Shown piece by piece: positions 29,211 through 39,629 of a DNA stretch of 64,000 bases; position 1 is the first letter of the stretch; the number at the start of each line of letters is the position of its first letter. Position numbers and translations under genes: made by a program. The notes below the pieces were generated by a model. That model did no database searches, was not told the origin of the DNA, and saw nothing but the letters and a program-made list of their open reading frames with translations. The stretch is from Leptospiraceae bacterium (lineage in GTDB: Bacteria > Spirochaetota > Leptospiria > Leptospirales > Leptonemataceae): positions 64,001 through 128,000 of the forward strand of contig JAVJNR010000008.1 of assembly GCA_040217195.1 (NCBI GenBank), in the 5' to 3' direction.

Positions 29211-30405
29211 TAACCGAATCGTCGAAATCAAAAGCCCTTATCAGGTAATTCGACTCATCTTTCATGGACTGTTCCAGGGCCTTCAATTCCTCATCCGCCA
29301 TGTTTTTCGCTTAGTGCATTCCCTGTTCGGCCGGGATAAGGCCAGGTCTGGTCATTCCGGCAGTTCGCTCTGGTCTCGCAATTCTTCAGGCAGTCAATCT
29401 AGACAAATGTTGCCCGGTGTTTTTAATGCCAGTCGTAATGCCTATAGCTCCGGCCCAAAAAGCAGGACCAGAGAAAAAACAGATGGTGGTGCTCAGCGAC
29501 AGAACAATGGCGCTTCAGTAGTGTCCGGGTACATTCCTTCGAAGGCATCCAATGAAACCTCATCAGATACGATTCAAAGAGATCCGTTTAAATCTGCTGG
29601 CTTACATTTGCCGGTTGTAATAGGGTCTGCGATTTGTATATTACTGATTTTTCTGACCTGGACGTTTCTGGAAGGGTCCGCTTCATTATTGAGCCCGGAA
29701 ACCTCCCTGGAGCTCGCAAAATCTGAGATGGAGACAAGAAGGGTCTTGCTGCAAGAGCTTCACTCTCAGCAGAATGAATTGCATGAGATTCTAAAGGCTC
29801 GCCCGGCTCCTGGAATTATTAAGTCCATCTTTCAATCCGGAGATTACCGAAGCCAGACCGATGAGAATCTAATTTCCAGCGTTGAAGTTTCTGGAACCAA
29901 TGATGCGGCGTCTGATACCGGCCTGGATTTGAGAACGGTCTATTTACTGGAAGCACATCTTTCAGCCAATCAACGTTATCTGTCGGATGGAATTGGTGTA
30001 CTACAGGCCATTCCGCACAGATGGCCTGTAGTAGGTAGAATTCGTCTGATAAACAGCCATTTTGGAAATCGAAAGAGTCCCTTCGGTAAGAAGTTACAGT
30101 ACCATGGCGGAACGGATCTAAAAGCCAGGTCCGGAGATTCCATTGTAGCTACTGCAGAAGGCTATGTCTATCGAGTGGGGAAACATGGAGGATTCGGCAA
30201 CATGGTTCATATTATCCATCCTTCCGGATTCGAAACCATCTATGCTCATCTAAGTCGAATCGATGTGAAGAAGGGACAGGAAGTGCGAGCTGGCGACGTT
30301 CTGGGAAAAGCCGGTGACACAGGTATTACAACCGGGCCCCATTTACATTATGAGGTTCGCCTGGACGGAAAAAGGCAAAATCCTATCCGGTATATGATTC
30401 CTTGA
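29053..30405 (+). CDS. M23 family metallopeptidase, membrane-anchored (start uncertain)
   Basis: HGGTD, YAHL, TGPHLHYEV; TM segment and coiled coil. Confidence 0.85.
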   Translation: MRMVFPTVKRSTKKENPSARPKSRIIWKKPTKKKPSAFRLPRIQFPSLVIVYNNRIVEIKSPYQVIRLIFHGLFQGLQFLIRHVFRLVHSLFGRDKARSGHSGSSLWSRNSSGSQSRQMLPGVFNASRNAYSSGPKSRTREKTDGGAQRQNNGASVVSGYIPSKASNETSSDTIQRDPFKSAGLHLPVVIGSAICILLIFLTWTFLEGSASLLSPETSLELAKSEMETRRVLLQELHSQQNELHEILKARPAPGIIKSIFQSGDYRSQTDENLISSVEVSGTNDAASDTGLDLRTVYLLEAHLSANQRYLSDGIGVLQAIPHRWPVVGRIRLINSHFGNRKSPFGKKLQYHGGTDLKARSGDSIVATAEGYVYRVGKHGGFGNMVHIIHPSGFETIYAHLSRIDVKKGQEVRAGDVLGKAGDTGITTGPHLHYEVRLDGKRQNPIRYMIP

Positions 30406-30577
30406 TTGCCTATGGAGTTGGAGCTGATAGCTATAACCTGACTCTGAAGAGTCTGTTTAGCACGCTAGGAACATCCATTGCCGATTGCATCGGACTGCAT
30501 CACAGGTAGTACCGGTGATGGCAACCAGGTTGGTCGATTCGTCTGGCGAAAGGTTTCTATCAAGCAGGAATGGTTTA

Positions 30578-31627
30578 TTATACGACCTTTAGTATTTCCT
30601 CTTCTACCATGGCCGGTGTCAGCTCTCGCATGCAACGAAAATGCCCTTCAGGACAAATATGGGAACCATGGGTACCACAGGGCCTGCAATACAATCCCTG
30701 TAACTCCGCGACAGTTGTTCTGGGTGCAATGGGTGCATAACCCAGGGAGGGAACCGTGGGGCCGAAGATAGCTATTACAGGTATACCAGCCGCACATCCA
30801 AAATGCACGGGCGCTGAGTCATTGCTTACCAGAAACTGGGATCGCTTCATGAGGCTGAACAATCCGGGAAGACTGGTTTTGCCACATACATTATGAATTC
30901 GGCGCAGCCCATCGTTTCCCACAAATTCTTTGGCCACTTTAATTATCTGCTCTGCTACCTCAGAATCTGCCGGAGATCCTATGAGAAGTACATCGGATTT
31001 ATATTTTTTGATCAGGTCCCTGGCCAGTTCTGCGAACCCATGAGCGGTCCATCGCTTGGTGGCCCATACAGAGGAACAACCCAGCAGGATGGGCTTTCGA
31101 ATATTCAGTTCGGTTAATAATTCCTGGGCCTCCGTTCTTCCATTTTCCGTTTCTTCCAGGTGAGGAATATCATCTTCCAGGTTAACGTCCGGGCAAATAC
31201 TATCACTTAGAAAGCGGAGCAGGCGGTGTATCTCTGGTAAATCCATGGGACGCCTGAGTCGATGATGATAGGCTCTGGAGAATCCAGCCGATCGGTAGCC
31301 AAAACGTACAGGGATTCCACTGAGCCAGGCGATGAGGGACGTTCTATGGGATTGATGGGGCGATAGAAGGATCCTGAAGTTGCGTTTTCGGATATCGCTT
31401 ATTAGCTTGAGCATTCCCAGGCCACGATGAGACTTCTTCTTATCGATCACCAGAACTTCATCTATTTCTTCCAGGGCTTCCACAAAGGCACGAGCCTCCG
31501 GTTTTACCATGACAGCAATATGGGCTCCTGGTTTGCATCGCCTCAGGGCCCGAATCATGGGCGTGGTGAGCACAACATCGCCTATAAAAGCGGTTTGAAT
31601 CAATAATATGTTCTGATTTTCTGACAC
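30578..31627 (-). CDS. waaF: Lipopolysaccharide heptosyltransferase II-like glycosyltransferase (GT9)
   Basis: FIGDVVL, KRW, SNDSAPVH, IFGPT, CRPC...C. Confidence 0.85.
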   Translation of the reverse strand: MSENQNILLIQTAFIGDVVLTTPMIRALRRCKPGAHIAVMVKPEARAFVEALEEIDEVLVIDKKKSHRGLGMLKLISDIRKRNFRILLSPHQSHRTSLIAWLSGIPVRFGYRSAGFSRAYHHRLRRPMDLPEIHRLLRFLSDSICPDVNLEDDIPHLEETENGRTEAQELLTELNIRKPILLGCSSVWATKRWTAHGFAELARDLIKKYKSDVLLIGSPADSEVAEQIIKVAKEFVGNDGLRRIHNVCGKTSLPGLFSLMKRSQFLVSNDSAPVHFGCAAGIPVIAIFGPTVPSLGYAPIAPRTTVAELQGLYCRPCGTHGSHICPEGHFRCMRELTPAMVEEEILKVV

Positions 31628-31630
31628 AGG

Positions 31631-33238
31631 ATGCTACTCCGGTTGGCCTACAGATTGAAGCCGAATATCCTGGATGTTTACATCTTCAAGGAGATTCTAC
31701 AGCCCTTTTTTACGTGGCTGTTTTTCTGGACCACCCTCTTTATGTCCATAGTCATAAAGGACGTTCTGGGGGATCTGGTAGGAAAGGGCATTGATTTGAC
31801 CCGGGTGGCCAGCTATCTGTACTATTTGCTGGCGGAAAAAATCACTCAGACTGTTCCCATTGCCTGTCTGCTTTCTGGAATTCTAGCAGCCGGACGTCTG
31901 TCCGGAGATTCAGAAATTACGGCCATGCGAGCCAGCGGAATCAGCTTTCCCCGGATTTACACAGTCTTCCTTTTCTTTGGCTTTTTGACCATGCTCTTTA
32001 TGGGCTTCATGAATCTGTACTACGGTCCGCTGGCAGCCAGAGAAAGGCAGGCCTTTCAACAATGGCTACAATCCTATCATAGTCTCACTCTGGTTCGTCC
32101 AGGTCAGTTTCTGGGAGCCGGGGACATGGAAGCTTCCGCTGCTGATAGCTGGGATATCTATGCAGCCGGACGAGATGGTCCTGAACTAAAAGATGTGCAG
32201 ATCCGGTCCTGGAATTCCCGGGTTATCCCTGGAGGAAATTCCGAGGTTGTGGTGGTTCAAAATATCCGAATCCCCATTGGATTCGGGGTAATCACCAGAG
32301 TGATCCGCGCAGAGCGAGGACGAATTGTTAAGCGCATAGAAGATGGCCAGGAAGTACCGATCATCCATCTGGAAAATGGATACATGGTGGAATCGGACCG
32401 AAACCTGGGAAGCTTCACAGTCACAGACTTTGCGGATGGGCAGATGAACTTTGTGCTTCCAGGCCCCAAGAAGGGTCTTGGGAAATTGAATGTGCAACCG
32501 GAGGAATACACCTTTCCGGAGTTATTTGCCTTTCTGGAAGGTCTGGAGAGTGGTAAACACAGGATCAGTTCGGAAGCGCTGCGTGGTGTGGGTAGTGTCA
32601 TGTCAGAGGCCGGCGGAGATGAAGAGGGGTTTAGAATTCCCTCCCCGAATGAAATGGTCATAACCCAGAATCAAATTCTACAGTGGCTTGCAGAGAACCA
32701 GGACAAGGTGGGTAAGCCAGGCGGGCCAAGCCAGGCAGAAGTCACAGCCAAACAGCAGATGCTGATAATCCTACGTGGGCTGAAGGATGAGGCAGAGAAA
32801 AAGAGAAATGAATTCAACTATGAGATCCATAGCCGGATTGCAACACCTCTGGCCTGTATGCTGTTTTTCTTTGTTTCCTTTCCTCTGGGTATGGTTGTAA
32901 AGCGATCCGGAAAAGGAATGAGCTTCTCTCTGGCTCTGGTTGTTCTGTTACTCTACTATGTATTACTGTCTGTGGGTCTAAATCAAGCTCTGGATGGAAA
33001 AATGAAGCCATGGCAGGGTGCCTATCTTCCTGTATTCGGAGTGGGTCTCATGGGTATCTACATTATGGCCTCCAGAACGGAGGGATTCACTCCTTTGAAA
33101 TTCCTGAGCACTCCGATTCGCTGGCTATACACCAAAACCTTGAAGAGGTACCTGGATCCGATCCTCGCCCGAATTCCAGTGAATCAAGTGCAGGATTGGT
33201 TCTGGAACCAGATGGATCGGCTAAAGAAATCTAAATAA
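31631..33238 (+). CDS. LptF/LptG-family LPS export permease with enlarged periplasmic region
   Basis: LDVYIFKE, GRLSGDSEITAMRASGIS, HSRIATPLAC; 3+3 TM layout. Confidence 0.9.
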   Translation: MLLRLAYRLKPNILDVYIFKEILQPFFTWLFFWTTLFMSIVIKDVLGDLVGKGIDLTRVASYLYYLLAEKITQTVPIACLLSGILAAGRLSGDSEITAMRASGISFPRIYTVFLFFGFLTMLFMGFMNLYYGPLAARERQAFQQWLQSYHSLTLVRPGQFLGAGDMEASAADSWDIYAAGRDGPELKDVQIRSWNSRVIPGGNSEVVVVQNIRIPIGFGVITRVIRAERGRIVKRIEDGQEVPIIHLENGYMVESDRNLGSFTVTDFADGQMNFVLPGPKKGLGKLNVQPEEYTFPELFAFLEGLESGKHRISSEALRGVGSVMSEAGGDEEGFRIPSPNEMVITQNQILQWLAENQDKVGKPGGPSQAEVTAKQQMLIILRGLKDEAEKKRNEFNYEIHSRIATPLACMLFFFVSFPLGMVVKRSGKGMSFSLALVVLLLYYVLLSVGLNQALDGKMKPWQGAYLPVFGVGLMGIYIMASRTEGFTPLKFLSTPIRWLYTKTLKRYLDPILARIPVNQVQDWFWNQMDRLKKSK

Positions 33239-33367
33239 CCAAAGCTCTCGGGTTGAATGCTCAATTCCCTGGATCCTCCGAAAACCGGAAATGGTGCATC
33301 CGGGGGCTTCCAGAATCACAAATCTTACTTGAAGAAATCGGTGTGCACTATTGAATGGGGGACTGCT

Positions 33368-34207
33368 ATGTACACTGTCAAGATCTGGCACATTTCCTCC
33401 GGTAGAAAATTCCCCTTCGATTTTCAAAGCGTAGGTCGCTTTGCAGTACAGCTTGAAGAGCTTGCTCCAGATCAGATGCCGGACATCAGTCCGGATCCAA
33501 CCGTCATTCATCTGTTCTGTATCCAGGGAGAATCGGGACAGGCAGACTACATTCGAGGGATTCTGGAAAAATCAGCGGATTTGATTCCCTATCTAAGGGT
33601 GCTCATAGTACCTGAAGATGAATACCAGGACCATCTGGTTGGACTCAAGGGAAATGTAAGAGTGGTTCTCATCGATGACTCCATTCGAAGTGATAATCTA
33701 CGCTTACTTCTGGAAACATTGATCAATAATGAGTACTACCGAGCTATCATTCAAACCTTTGCCAGGGATGTAAGAGGGCAGACCAAAGCATTCGATGGCT
33801 TTCGAGACCTGGCCAGCAAGGAACTGGCTCAATCCAAGGAAGAATCCGCCGCTTTTCAGAGATTGCTGGATTATGAGAGTTCCTACAGAGATTTTGAAGG
33901 AAAAGTTGAAAAAGCCATGCAGGAAGCCCTGGCCCTGAAGGACCGGGAAGTGGTGGAGCTTACATCCAAGATGCAGGCCATGGAAAGACTCAGCGAATTT
34001 CGAGATAAGGAACTGAGAGATGCCAAAGAGACTCTGGATGCAGCCCAGCGAGCCCTGGATCTTTCCCGTACCGAAAACATGGAACGAGAAAAGATCATCG
34101 ATGCATTGCAGAGATTGAACATCTACACAGACCAGGAAGTAGTGGAGCTATTCAAAGAGAACGAAGAGTTGCGAAAGAAGCTAGGAATGCCTCCCAGAGA
34201 GCAATGA
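33368..34207 (+). CDS. Hypothetical protein, alpha/beta N-terminus plus long coiled coil
   Basis: ORF; probable ATG at 33368 after GGGGG; heptad-rich C-terminal half. Confidence 0.75.
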   Translation: MYTVKIWHISSGRKFPFDFQSVGRFAVQLEELAPDQMPDISPDPTVIHLFCIQGESGQADYIRGILEKSADLIPYLRVLIVPEDEYQDHLVGLKGNVRVVLIDDSIRSDNLRLLLETLINNEYYRAIIQTFARDVRGQTKAFDGFRDLASKELAQSKEESAAFQRLLDYESSYRDFEGKVEKAMQEALALKDREVVELTSKMQAMERLSEFRDKELRDAKETLDAAQRALDLSRTENMEREKIIDALQRLNIYTDQEVVELFKENEELRKKLGMPPREQ

Positions 34208-34328
34208 CCGTTCCAGATCCGTGTTACCAGGGCTCTGGACTCTGGGAATAGGACCATAAGGCTCTGCTAGACTATCAGAAAAAGAATTAAGCGTTCGGAA
34301 GAACGGTTCGATCTTAAAGGGAGAGCCC

Positions 34329-36506
34329 GTGGACCCTATGAAGATCGAACCAGTTAGATATCTGCGTCAATTCGCCGGGATTATGTCTCGGAAGCGGGGC
34401 TCCTCTGAAGATTTTCAGAGCCGAAACATATTCAAGGTTCCCTCCAGAAAGCGCAAGTTCAGATGGCCTGCCATTGTAGCTATTTTGATTTCTGCCATCC
34501 TGTTTCCTGCAATCGCAGGTTCTCAGGAATTTCCTGTATTTCGTATCAAAGAGGAAAAGGCCCGTCAGCACTTTCAGAAGGGGCTTGGCTTCTATAATAG
34601 ACAGAACTATGTGGCTGCCCGGGAATTCTTTTATAAAGCCCTGGATGTTCATCCTTACTTTCATCTGGCCCGAAGATACCTGGGGGATTCCTATTATTAT
34701 TCAGGAGATTATAATGGAGCCCTGGAGCAGTGGAGCTATCTCCAGGAGGTGTCTCGTGGTGCCTATCCCACTGTGGGCGAGAGGCTGAGTATATTAGAGT
34801 TTCATTTAAACCAGTACAGTGATGCCGGTAAGCAATCCTTTCTTAGAAAATACGATTCCGCCACTTTTCGACGGCTAAGAATCGATTATCCAGTGGATGT
34901 TGCTGTAGACTCCAAAAACAATCAATATCTAATCAATTATCGTGAAGCCGGCATTGTTCAAATAAGCCCGGATGGAACTTTGCTAAACGATTTTCAGGGT
35001 CCCTTTTATGACTCATTGCAAGGACCTATTGCAGGAATTATTCATAACGATTTGCTCTATGTTGCGGATTACGATGCAGATAGAATTCAGGTGTTTCGCA
35101 CATCCGGTGGCCGTGCTCTGGCCTTTGGCGATACAGGAAGCGGAGAAGGTCAGTTCCGAGGTCCATCGGGTCTGATAGTTGAAAGCGATTATCTGTTTGT
35201 TGCGGATGCTGGAAATGGAAGAATTCAGAAATTTGACCTGGACGGAAACTATTTACAGACACTGAATCCAGCCGAAGCCAGGTTTCAGCAACCTTCAGGC
35301 ATTGCAGGTGATGGAAAAGGCATTCTTTATGTTAGCGATCGAAAAGCCGGCCTGATTCATGTGCTGGATATAGATGGGAATCTTCTGGATACAGTGTCTC
35401 ATCCACTGTTGAAAGAACCCAGGGGATTGCATTATAAGGAAGGTAAAGTCTGGGTGGCTGACGAGAAAAGCGGCGTTCTCTGGTTTTCTCCATCCACAGG
35501 TGAAATAGAAGAGCTCACAGAAATCCGCGATTTTGAAGACCGGCCTGTTGTTTGGAATCGGGTATTCTCAGTTAAGACAGATTCTCGCAATTCATTGCTT
35601 ATTTCAGATTACGGGGCCCATGAAGTGGTTATGACCACGCCGGAGGCCTACAAACGAGCAGGACTGAATGTTAAGGTTCAGAAAGTGGATCTAGGATCTT
35701 TCCCAACGGTTGGCTTATTTGTTCAGGCAGAAACCAGGGATGGAAAGAAATTACCTGGCCTGGAACGTAGAGAAATATTCATCTATGAAAACGATCGTCG
35801 CATTGGAGCGGCTCGCACAGATAACATGCGAGCCTATCAGAAAAGAACCAACATTGTAGTCGTAAAAGAAAATTCTACCATTCTAAGAGAGAAAGGCCTG
35901 GATGAAATGATTCCCAGTGTGCTGGAGCCGATGGTGGCTCCTTTAACTGTCGTAGATCGCTTTAAACTGGTCCGAAGCGGAGAGCAAAGCCGATTGATCT
36001 ATGAAGGTAGGCAGAGAAAGCAAATCCTCAAGTTGATGTCAGAGGGAGAGACCTCAGAACTTCCATCCCTGGGACTTTCCAGTTATTTTGGTCTAAGTGA
36101 GCTTGTGGATGAAATCGGACCGCGAGGTGTAGTTCTGGTAGTCTCCGGCGGCCTGCCAGAAGAAGCCTTCGCTCCCTATGGTGTTAACAAACTGGTTCAG
36201 TATGCGCGAGCTCAACAAATACAGATTCACGTGGTTTCCTTTGAGCAAAATTCTGAGCTCACAGAGTTGTATCGTTCCCTGGCCGATCGCACCGGCGGCA
36301 GCTATTTAAGAGCTTTTGATGAAACCAGGGTTCAGAATATATATACGGAGATTAGAAAGCACCAGGACAATCGATATATCATTACCTACGATTCTCTGGC
36401 CGGGCAATCTCTAAAAAATCGATATGTGGATGTGCGTGTAGAGGTTCACTTTCAAAACACCTCCGGTGTAGGCGATGGCGGATTCTTCGTTCCGTCCGAG
36501 GACTGA
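34329..36506 (+). CDS. TPR + NHL-repeat beta-propeller + vWA-like domain protein
   Basis: TM/signal segment, TPR (YLGDSYYYSGDY), NHL units (GSGEGQFRGPSG..VADAGNGRIQKFD), C-terminal LADRTGGSY vWA-type motif; start uncertain. Confidence 0.85.
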   Translation: MDPMKIEPVRYLRQFAGIMSRKRGSSEDFQSRNIFKVPSRKRKFRWPAIVAILISAILFPAIAGSQEFPVFRIKEEKARQHFQKGLGFYNRQNYVAAREFFYKALDVHPYFHLARRYLGDSYYYSGDYNGALEQWSYLQEVSRGAYPTVGERLSILEFHLNQYSDAGKQSFLRKYDSATFRRLRIDYPVDVAVDSKNNQYLINYREAGIVQISPDGTLLNDFQGPFYDSLQGPIAGIIHNDLLYVADYDADRIQVFRTSGGRALAFGDTGSGEGQFRGPSGLIVESDYLFVADAGNGRIQKFDLDGNYLQTLNPAEARFQQPSGIAGDGKGILYVSDRKAGLIHVLDIDGNLLDTVSHPLLKEPRGLHYKEGKVWVADEKSGVLWFSPSTGEIEELTEIRDFEDRPVVWNRVFSVKTDSRNSLLISDYGAHEVVMTTPEAYKRAGLNVKVQKVDLGSFPTVGLFVQAETRDGKKLPGLERREIFIYENDRRIGAARTDNMRAYQKRTNIVVVKENSTILREKGLDEMIPSVLEPMVAPLTVVDRFKLVRSGEQSRLIYEGRQRKQILKLMSEGETSELPSLGLSSYFGLSELVDEIGPRGVVLVVSGGLPEEAFAPYGVNKLVQYARAQQIQIHVVSFEQNSELTELYRSLADRTGGSYLRAFDETRVQNIYTEIRKHQDNRYIITYDSLAGQSLKNRYVDVRVEVHFQNTSGVGDGGFFVPSED

Positions 36507-36574
36507 GAAAGTTAAATCCTCTAGAATCTGCAGTAATACAAAAAAAGACTCACGGATAAACACGGAACCGGAAA

Positions 36575-38596
36575 ATGAAAAAAGCACTCTTAATATTACC
36601 CTTTATGATACTGGCCGCAATTCCTGTTCTATCCCGAGACAGTGAAGAGCCCAGATACAGTAGTTCAATAGAGCTTTATCGAGAAGCAGAAGAGAAATAC
36701 CAGACCGGGGAGTACCGGGAAGCCCTGCAATTGCTACGCGAAGCTCTGGAAAAGAATCCTTCCTATTCCAGGGCTCATCTTCTATCTGGAAAGGCTTCTC
36801 TGGAAATCGGCGATTTTGAAAGGGCTCAGGTGCACTTTAATCAGGTACTTCGGGCCGATCCCAAAAGTCTGGATGGTAAGATTGGTCTGGGTAGATCACT
36901 CACTGGACTGAATCGACTGGAACAGGCTGAGGCCATATTTCAAGAAGTGCGGCAGAAAGACCCGGGAAATGCAGAGAATCTATACGGACTGGCTCGACTG
37001 AGAATTCTGGCCGGCCGTCTGGATCTGGCTCGCCAATATTTACAGCTAATTCTTCGAAAGGATCCTGCCTACAGAGAAGCGCTACAGGATATGGCCGTTC
37101 TAGAGACAAAGGCAGGACGTATTGAGTCTGGAAAAGCCTATCTGGAAAAGGCCACAGCTGTGGATCCGGCTCATAGAAGCCTTTCTATTACCCGAGGAGT
37201 GGTCCTTTCTTTGCAGGCTGACAATGCAGACGATGAGTCTACCAGGTTGGCACTGAAAGATGAAGCTGCAGATGCATTTCGCACGGCGCTGCGAGATGAT
37301 CCAGGAATACTGCTTCTGCAGAGAATCATTCAGCTGGATATTGAAAGAGGATACCCGGAAGAAGCTCTGGATATTCTGGAACAGGCCAGAGAACTGGGGG
37401 ACGATTCTGATCTATTGAGGATCTCTGCAAACCTGGCCCAGGCTCTATTTCACAAAACAGGAAACAGACAGTATCTGGAACAGACCGTTAATGAACTTCA
37501 ATCCCTATGTCAGAAATCACCTGATGATGTACTTGCATGCTACCGTCTGGAAATTCTGGGCCGGGAGAATACCGGCACTGCGAATCTAAAATCCTATTTA
37601 ACTTCCCGCCATCTGCAACTGGCCACACAATACGAAAAAGAGCTGAGATACGGTTTGATGGTCAGTCATTTGAAGCAGGCTCTGGAGCTTTCCCCTGGAA
37701 ATGCAGAGGTAGAAAAGCGTCTTCTGGATGTACATCGAGCCCGGGGAGACTTTCAGTCGTACCTGGAATCTCTAGTAGCTTTAAGAGATCAGAATCCAGA
37801 AGAGCCACTGTGGCAGTACAGGCTGGAAAGGGCGCTGCAATCCAAGGAAAACTATCTTTCGTATCGCGAAGACCTTCTGGATGACATTGGTCCAAATACT
37901 CATCGACCTGGAGTGGTTCTGGTTCTGGATTTCGAATCTACCAATGGACAGCACTGGAACGGTGAGCAAATAATCTCCAGAGCGTTGAGCGATGCGCTGA
38001 ATGATCATGGAAGATTGATTGCAGCAGACGGAACCTTGCGCCAGCAATTGAGGGATTTTCAATGGTCCAGACGGGCTCTGGATGAAATGGAGATTCAGGA
38101 TCGGATTCGCTCGGATTACAGACCCCTTTTATTCGATGCCTCTTATTTTCAGTTTCTGGATGAACTGGATCGAAAATCTGACTCCAGGAATCGAGTTCGG
38201 TATATTCTCAGCGGTCAGTATTCAGAAAGGCCAGGACATCTGGAGATTCAGTACAGACTATCTGATCGTTTCACTGGAAAAGAGATGTACAGTGGAAAGG
38301 CCATTGTGTCGGGCCAGGACGCTTTGCATCGAGCTACCTACCAGATATCCAGGGAAGTGGCCAGAAGACTACCGGTTCGAGGAGAAATCGTAAAGATTAA
38401 CGATGATCAGATCTACATCCATGCAGGGGCCAGCGATGGAGTACAGAAAGGCCAGGTATTCCTCCTGGATTCGAATCCGGATAGAGCCTTTCGAGTGATA
38501 GAACTGGACACATCCTTCAGCGCTCTAAAGGCAGAAAAACCTGGAACCCTTTTGAGTCCAGGTATGGTAATGTTTTCCAACCCCCGGCGACCCTAG
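36575..38596 (+). CDS. Secreted multi-TPR protein with C-terminal CsgG/FlgT-like region
   Basis: Signal peptide, many TPRs, VLVLDF...SG.Y and GEIVKI...IHAGASDGVQKG tail. Confidence 0.8.
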   Translation: MKKALLILPFMILAAIPVLSRDSEEPRYSSSIELYREAEEKYQTGEYREALQLLREALEKNPSYSRAHLLSGKASLEIGDFERAQVHFNQVLRADPKSLDGKIGLGRSLTGLNRLEQAEAIFQEVRQKDPGNAENLYGLARLRILAGRLDLARQYLQLILRKDPAYREALQDMAVLETKAGRIESGKAYLEKATAVDPAHRSLSITRGVVLSLQADNADDESTRLALKDEAADAFRTALRDDPGILLLQRIIQLDIERGYPEEALDILEQARELGDDSDLLRISANLAQALFHKTGNRQYLEQTVNELQSLCQKSPDDVLACYRLEILGRENTGTANLKSYLTSRHLQLATQYEKELRYGLMVSHLKQALELSPGNAEVEKRLLDVHRARGDFQSYLESLVALRDQNPEEPLWQYRLERALQSKENYLSYREDLLDDIGPNTHRPGVVLVLDFESTNGQHWNGEQIISRALSDALNDHGRLIAADGTLRQQLRDFQWSRRALDEMEIQDRIRSDYRPLLFDASYFQFLDELDRKSDSRNRVRYILSGQYSERPGHLEIQYRLSDRFTGKEMYSGKAIVSGQDALHRATYQISREVARRLPVRGEIVKINDDQIYIHAGASDGVQKGQVFLLDSNPDRAFRVIELDTSFSALKAEKPGTLLSPGMVMFSNPRRP

Positions 38597-39513
38597 TATT
38601 CTTTCTGAATTTCAAGATTGAATTCTGTGGTAGATACATTCCCGGCATAATCCTCTGCCTTCACTGTAATGGTGTTCTTACCATTCTGGAAAGGCAGAGT
38701 TCCAATATTGTAGTACCATTCCGTAAATATAGTTTCAAATGGTTGTTTACCTGACAGTAGCCAGCCATTGTCCGATGAGCTAATTGAGCTAAATTCACGA
38801 CTTCCCAGTTCCTTCCCATTCAAGAACCATTTCAGTCTATAGACGCCACGACGGGTGGAGTTTTCCAGGCCGGGATCCCGTATATTCAAATGAACTGGAT
38901 AGGATTTGGTTAATCGGATTCGGTGCTCCTGCCGTGGTAGTAGACTGGATTTACCGTTATCGGTGAAAAATATCATCTCCTGGACCACCGGTGCATTCTT
39001 ATCTGTGGCTTTGGGGAGCACTTCCAGTGGATTGATGAAGATTTTACCGTATTGCTTGCTAATAAAGAAATGCAAATGCGAGCCTCCAGACCTACCGGTG
39101 TTTCCAGTAAATCCAAGAACAGTATCCTTGCTGACGTTACCTTTCCGAATTCGGGCCAGCTCCTGAAGATGAAAGTATCCGCTCCACCAGCCTTCTCCGT
39201 GATCCACAATCATCAAATTGCCCGGGCCAGGAAGAGGTCTAAATGGGTTATCGGATTGCTGGCGGCTGTATAGAATTCGGCCCGGTGCCACGGACTGCAC
39301 CGGCTCATCCTGGCTGGCAATATCCAGACCTGCATGGAAATGATCATCCCTGGATTCTCCAAAGGTGGATGTAATGCCCCGTAGATCCGGAGGAGTGCCT
39401 TTGATCAGGGGCCATTCAAAGCCGGGGTTACCGGCGATCAATGGAAAAGCCCATCCGAATACGAGGAGAATCAATATCAACAAGGTCAGAGAAATAGGCC
39501 ATAAGCGCTGCAT
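38593..39513 (-). CDS. M23 family metallopeptidase, secreted
   Basis: TFGESR, HAGLD, YFHL, TGRSGGSHLHF; signal peptide starts at ATG 39513. Confidence 0.88.
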   Translation of the reverse strand: MQRLWPISLTLLILILLVFGWAFPLIAGNPGFEWPLIKGTPPDLRGITSTFGESRDDHFHAGLDIASQDEPVQSVAPGRILYSRQQSDNPFRPLPGPGNLMIVDHGEGWWSGYFHLQELARIRKGNVSKDTVLGFTGNTGRSGGSHLHFFISKQYGKIFINPLEVLPKATDKNAPVVQEMIFFTDNGKSSLLPRQEHRIRLTKSYPVHLNIRDPGLENSTRRGVYRLKWFLNGKELGSREFSSISSSDNGWLLSGKQPFETIFTEWYYNIGTLPFQNGKNTITVKAEDYAGNVSTTEFNLEIQKEY

Positions 39514-39629
39514 AGTGGGAAAGTTGCTGGACAGTGGGCTGGAAGGCAGCCATTTTTTTCCGATATTGTAAGGTATAGGAGCGAATCTTTCACGGGTCCG
39601 GCCGGACCTGGAAAGAGGGAATAAAGGCA

